Part shown: positions 60,444-64,000 of the stretch, one piece after another | Numbering within the stretch: position 1 is the stretch's first letter | Layout: each line of letters starts with the position of its first letter | IMG/VR virus record: IMGVR_UViG_3300037781_000042 | Coordinates: 96,001 to 160,000 of that record | DNA length: 64,000 nucleotides | Direction: 5' to 3' (one strand) | Origin: a virus | Taxonomy: Duplodnaviria > Caudoviricetes | Notes under the pieces: model-generated | What the model saw: the letters and a program-made list of their open reading frames with translations, nothing else | Told to the model about the DNA's origin: nothing | Databases searched by the model: none | Program-made: the position numbers and the translations under genes

Positions 60444-61372
60444 GCAGAACCAAATTTGTTAGGATCTAAACTTTTAAAATAATCTAAAGATTGCATTTCT
60501 ACCTTTTCAGGATCAAATTTAATATAAGGATCTTTTTCAGGTTCTGGAGCAGATGCTAAAGTTATAGTTTTTTGTTGATTTGTATTTCCTAAAATCTCTT
60601 CTTTTTTAACAGAAGCTAAATTAGCAGATCCTTTTAATGTAGTAGCTAAAGTAGCTATAGTTTTTTCTACATCTTTTAAAGGTTTAATTTTTCCTTTTCT
60701 TATCTCATTTTCTAATCTTTTAGCAGATCTTTTTCTAGCAGTCCCTTCTGATTCTCCTGTTCCAAAACCTACAACTCTATTTACATAATCTATATCAGTA
60801 AGTCTTTCTTTTTTAGCTCTTTCAAAATATTTTACTGCTATATCAAAAGCATATTCAGGATCAGCTGCTAACTCAGGATTATTTACTAAATCAACTCCTA
60901 ATTGCTTAGATGCTTTAGTATAATTGTGTTTTCCTGTAAGTTGAATTAAGCCACCTCCTCTATATTTATAACCATCTTCAAATTTGTCATTTCCTAAATC
61001 TTTTCTTTTTCCATAAAGAACTCCAAATAAATATTCTGGTCCTTTTTTTATAGCTGCTTGTGCATGTTGAATAGTAGGAAATTTAACTGCATTTTTTCTT
61101 TTACTCTTTTGCTGTTCTTTAGGGCCCCAAAGTTCCATTAATCTTTCAGCAGAATAATTAGTTAATTCTCTTTTAGGAATAAAACCGGATTCATGCTTTA
61201 TTTGTGCTAAAATGTTAGCTTGTGCTTTAGGATCTGTTATCCCTGCTTCAATTAATTTACTAAGTAAGATGTTCTTATTTAATTGCACTAACTTTTCTTG
61301 ATCAGATTTTGCAACCTTTCTCCAATTAAAAGTATCTTCGTTTAATTTATAATCTGTGTATTTTATAATCAT
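60440..61372 (-). CDS. Glycoside hydrolase family 19 (chitinase/endolysin-like) with cleavable leader
   Basis: ANILAQIKHESGF...LYG...LGN....DGYKYRGGGLIQLTGKHNY...LG.DLV.NPEL; N-terminus MIIKYTDYKLNE. Confidence 0.9.
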   Translation of the reverse strand: MIIKYTDYKLNEDTFNWRKVAKSDQEKLVQLNKNILLSKLIEAGITDPKAQANILAQIKHESGFIPKRELTNYSAERLMELWGPKEQQKSKRKNAVKFPTIQHAQAAIKKGPEYLFGVLYGKRKDLGNDKFEDGYKYRGGGLIQLTGKHNYTKASKQLGVDLVNNPELAADPEYAFDIAVKYFERAKKERLTDIDYVNRVVGFGTGESEGTARKRSAKRLENEIRKGKIKPLKDVEKTIATLATTLKGSANLASVKKEEILGNTNQQKTITLASAPEPEKDPYIKFDPEKVEMQSLDYFKSLDPNKFGSA

Positions 61373-61378
61373 ATTTTT

Positions 61379-61741
61379 TTATTTTACACCTACATCTAAA
61401 TATCTTTGTCCATTAATATAAACCGTTAATAATGCTATATCTCTTACTTGAGCTTGAAAGAACTGTAATTCATAATCTATATCAAACTTAGAATCATCAT
61501 AAACTAAAAATTGTCCAGTCTGATATTTAATGTTATTCAAAATAGTATATTTATTGTAATTCGTCTCAAATATCAAGCGTTCAAGATTAAGCCCCAGAGA
61601 AATTGCCTTTAAGACATCACCTTGATTTGTGAAAAAGAGCATCTTCAATTGTGATAGAAGTTGCTCTAATTCATCTCTTTCATCTACTCTTGTAGAGTCA
61701 AATGTAATATCATTATTTCCTTTAAAATAAAAATCTTTCAC
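61379..61741 (-). CDS. Baseplate wedge subunit, T4 gp25/gpW-like
   Basis: LLSQLKMLFFTNQGDVL....LGLNLERLIFE follows the I..IL.T..GE....P.FG..L...LFE pattern. Confidence 0.7.
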   Translation of the reverse strand: MKDFYFKGNNDITFDSTRVDERDELEQLLSQLKMLFFTNQGDVLKAISLGLNLERLIFETNYNKYTILNNIKYQTGQFLVYDDSKFDIDYELQFFQAQVRDIALLTVYINGQRYLDVGVK

Positions 61742-61752
61742 GAAAAATTATT

Positions 61753-63747
61753 TTATTTTATTTTATTTAATATTCCTAAGCCAGTTTCATCTGCAAATCT
61801 ATTTACAAGCTGTTTGAACGTTTTAATTTTTTTAGAATCTATTTCTGCTTCTAATTTTGGGATAGCAGCTTCAATTTTTGCGATATCTGCAGGAGGAGCT
61901 AATTTAATTACATCTGGTGATATTGAACCATTTAAAATTTCTTTTAACTGTTTTTGAGAAAATTTGTATTTTGAAATAACTTTTATTTGTAACCCATTAA
62001 AATAAGATTGTACCTGTTTAAAAGCTTCTCTTGTCCAATCTGAAATTCCTTCATTCATTTTATTATACTCCGTAAAATTTTTAAATCTTTTATTTTGATT
62101 ACTTTCGTTCATAACATCTTTTTTATTTTCTCTGAAATTTCTAAAAGATGATATTGTAGATTCTTCTAACATACTATCGGGAACTATGTATTTTTGATTT
62201 GTTGCTGTTGATGATTGTGCCATAGTAGTACCTTTAAATTCTCCAGGTCCTGTAAATTCTCGGGAAGGTTTTCCACTAGAATCTATAATACCTAAATCTT
62301 TTACTTTTTTATTAATTTGTTGTAATTCTGCTTCAGTTTCTTTTTTAGCTAATCCTACAAGTTTTTCAAATTCTTCTGCTTCTTGTTGTTTTGCAAAAAG
62401 CTCTTGATACGCAGGAATCATTTCAACTATATTTTTAATATACTTAACTATCGCTCCTACTAATTTTAATAAAGTTTGAGGAAATATTTCAATTGCAGAA
62501 AATACTTCTTCTATTAAATTATCAATTCCATCTACATATCCTCCCATAGTAGACATTACTTTTTCTTTCATTTGCGAAGTAGCATTACTTAATTTAGCAG
62601 AAATACTTTTAACAATATTTTCTAATCCAGTAAGAAAATCTAAAATAGAATAAGCTTTTCCTTTTTCTAATCCAGTTACTGATTTTTTACCTAAATTTTT
62701 GCCTGTAAAATAAACTAACATTGCAGCTAGAAAATGTTGACCAAAATGTATAGTAGCATGTTTATTAATAGAAATCATAAAAGCCTTTTTAAAACTTCTT
62801 TGAGCTATTCCAACCATTATTTTACTAAAAACTTCTTTTAAAGACATTGAAACTTGTCTTGCTACAGTTTCAGCAGCTTTCTTATATCCTGGGCCACCAA
62901 GTAAACCAAATGGAGCAACAGTAATACTTACCACCCCCATCAAGGCGTGCATCGTACCGTTTGAAAATACATCAATAGGATGTCCTAATCCTTTGTCAGC
63001 TTCTAATAATAAAGATTCATTTGCTCCTTTATAAAATTCATAGCTTCCATCTTCTTTTCTTACTACTCCATATTGTTTTCCTGATTTAATATCTTTTACG
63101 GCAAGAACTCCATCTATCTTAGTTTTCTTTGCTTTATTAGAATCAAATTCAATATCACCTAATTTTTGAATATTTTCTTCTCCACCAGAACCGTCGAATC
63201 TTTTAGCAGTTTCCTCTAAAGAACCCATATCTTTAGAAGCTTCTAAACATTCAAAAATTCCACCTGCAAGTAATCCTACTCCTCCAAGAAGAGCTAAAGT
63301 AATACTTACTGGTTTTAAAACTGGTAGAAAACTAGAAGCAAGAGCAAAAAATTCACAAAGAGCGCCAACACTTAAAAGAACTCCAGAAGCATTTCCTCTT
63401 CCAATAGCTTTTAAATTATCTACAATATGTCCAGCTGCACCTGCTGCATAACTAGGTAATTCTTTAACTGCTCCCCAAAGATCATTCCAAAAACCAGAAT
63501 CTTCATTAATAGATTCTTTTTCTAATAAAGTATTTGAAATTAGAGCTACGTTACCTCCTCCAAATACTAAAGTTTTTCCTTTTCCTGTATCGTATTTGTA
63601 AAGTTGATCTTTTGATTCTACTATCCATTTACAATTTTCTACTAAATGACTTTGTTCATCTTGAGATGATTCAAAAATCATTTTTAAGTTTTCAACAGAT
63701 TCAGAATATTGTTTTTGTCTTTCTTCTAAATTTATAAAGTTATTCAT
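61753..63747 (-). CDS. Large protein with Gly-rich hydrophobic helices and multiple (I/L/M)xE sites; candidate ejected membrane protein
   Basis: VLLSVGALCEFFALASSFLPVLKPVSITLALLGGVGLLAGGIF and ALMGVVSITVAPFGLLGG; internal SINE-D, LLLE-A, VMNE-S and KMNE-G. Confidence 0.5.
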   Translation of the reverse strand: MNNFINLEERQKQYSESVENLKMIFESSQDEQSHLVENCKWIVESKDQLYKYDTGKGKTLVFGGGNVALISNTLLEKESINEDSGFWNDLWGAVKELPSYAAGAAGHIVDNLKAIGRGNASGVLLSVGALCEFFALASSFLPVLKPVSITLALLGGVGLLAGGIFECLEASKDMGSLEETAKRFDGSGGEENIQKLGDIEFDSNKAKKTKIDGVLAVKDIKSGKQYGVVRKEDGSYEFYKGANESLLLEADKGLGHPIDVFSNGTMHALMGVVSITVAPFGLLGGPGYKKAAETVARQVSMSLKEVFSKIMVGIAQRSFKKAFMISINKHATIHFGQHFLAAMLVYFTGKNLGKKSVTGLEKGKAYSILDFLTGLENIVKSISAKLSNATSQMKEKVMSTMGGYVDGIDNLIEEVFSAIEIFPQTLLKLVGAIVKYIKNIVEMIPAYQELFAKQQEAEEFEKLVGLAKKETEAELQQINKKVKDLGIIDSSGKPSREFTGPGEFKGTTMAQSSTATNQKYIVPDSMLEESTISSFRNFRENKKDVMNESNQNKRFKNFTEYNKMNEGISDWTREAFKQVQSYFNGLQIKVISKYKFSQKQLKEILNGSISPDVIKLAPPADIAKIEAAIPKLEAEIDSKKIKTFKQLVNRFADETGLGILNKIK

Positions 63748-63756
63748 TTTTTCTTT

Positions 63757-64000
63757 TTACGTTTCTTTTTTCTTAAATATTTTGATTTAACTCCTTTTTT
63801 AGTACCATTCATAAGATTAGAAAAAGATTGAATTAATTTTTGAGGGTCTCCGTCCTTTAAATTTTTAGTAAGCATTCTTTCAAGTTCTTTTTTTCCTTCT
63901 TCGCTTGAAAATTTTTCATTAATTTTTTCTAAATCTAAATTTTCAGGATCTAAAGCAAATTGTTTTTGAACCTCTTCAGCTACTTCTTCTGCAGATTCAA
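63757..64000 (-). CDS. C-terminal end of an unknown acidic protein (partial)
   Basis: Hand translation ESAEEVAEEVQKQF...KINEKF...KKET* is open from the right edge to the TAA at 63757-63759. Confidence 0.6.

Noticed and set aside
2499-63737. Short opposite-strand ORFs in the track (2499, 8233, 12117, 12507, 14445, 16575, 17626, 20841, 21564, 22616, 24420, 26180, 30189, 38198, 40113, 46526, 46971, 47527, 48465, 50091, 52098, 55443, 56166, 56981, 58221, 63534)
   Set aside because: All lie antisense inside better-supported genes and have the F/L/S/I-rich composition expected from the reverse complement of AT-rich coding DNA.
1-64000. Stop-codon recoding (TAG or TGA), as seen in some large phages
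   Set aside because: Standard-code ORFs tile the window densely, long structural genes are uninterrupted, and TGA and TAG end genes at normal overlaps.

Overview
A very AT-rich segment of a large tailed dsDNA phage genome (T4-like or jumbo myophage organisation), read with the standard genetic code. Bases 1-29,017 are a minus-strand array of small, tightly packed early-type genes. Most are hypothetical and many fall into locally expanded paralog families. They are punctuated by a repeated ~30-60 bp promoter-like motif. Recognisable members are an AAA ATPase (partial), a Panacea/DUF4065-like antitoxin, a stand-alone ValRS C-terminal domain, a NadR/AAA_28-like kinase, YopX, PspA, an ART/Tpt1-like protein and a complete tmRNA (tag DETQYASLAA). 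From 29,106 a DinG/XPD-like Fe-S helicase operon leads into a virion module with two tail sheaths, a gp5-like hub, a gp25-like wedge, tube-like proteins and a GH19 hydrolase. The strongest unexplained signal is that about 16 late-region genes begin with a T4-internal-protein-like leader (for example MNKEFKTYKEFLNE versus T4 IPIII MKTYQEFIAE). The cargoes behind these leaders include four leucine-rich-repeat proteins (two with constant caps and variable LRR modules, two fused to a GSGTxWC domain), an HExxH metalloprotease, the GH19 hydrolase and a hydrophobic 664-aa protein. This suggests a head-packaged, injected effector set. All family assignments come from motif recognition by eye; no searches were run.
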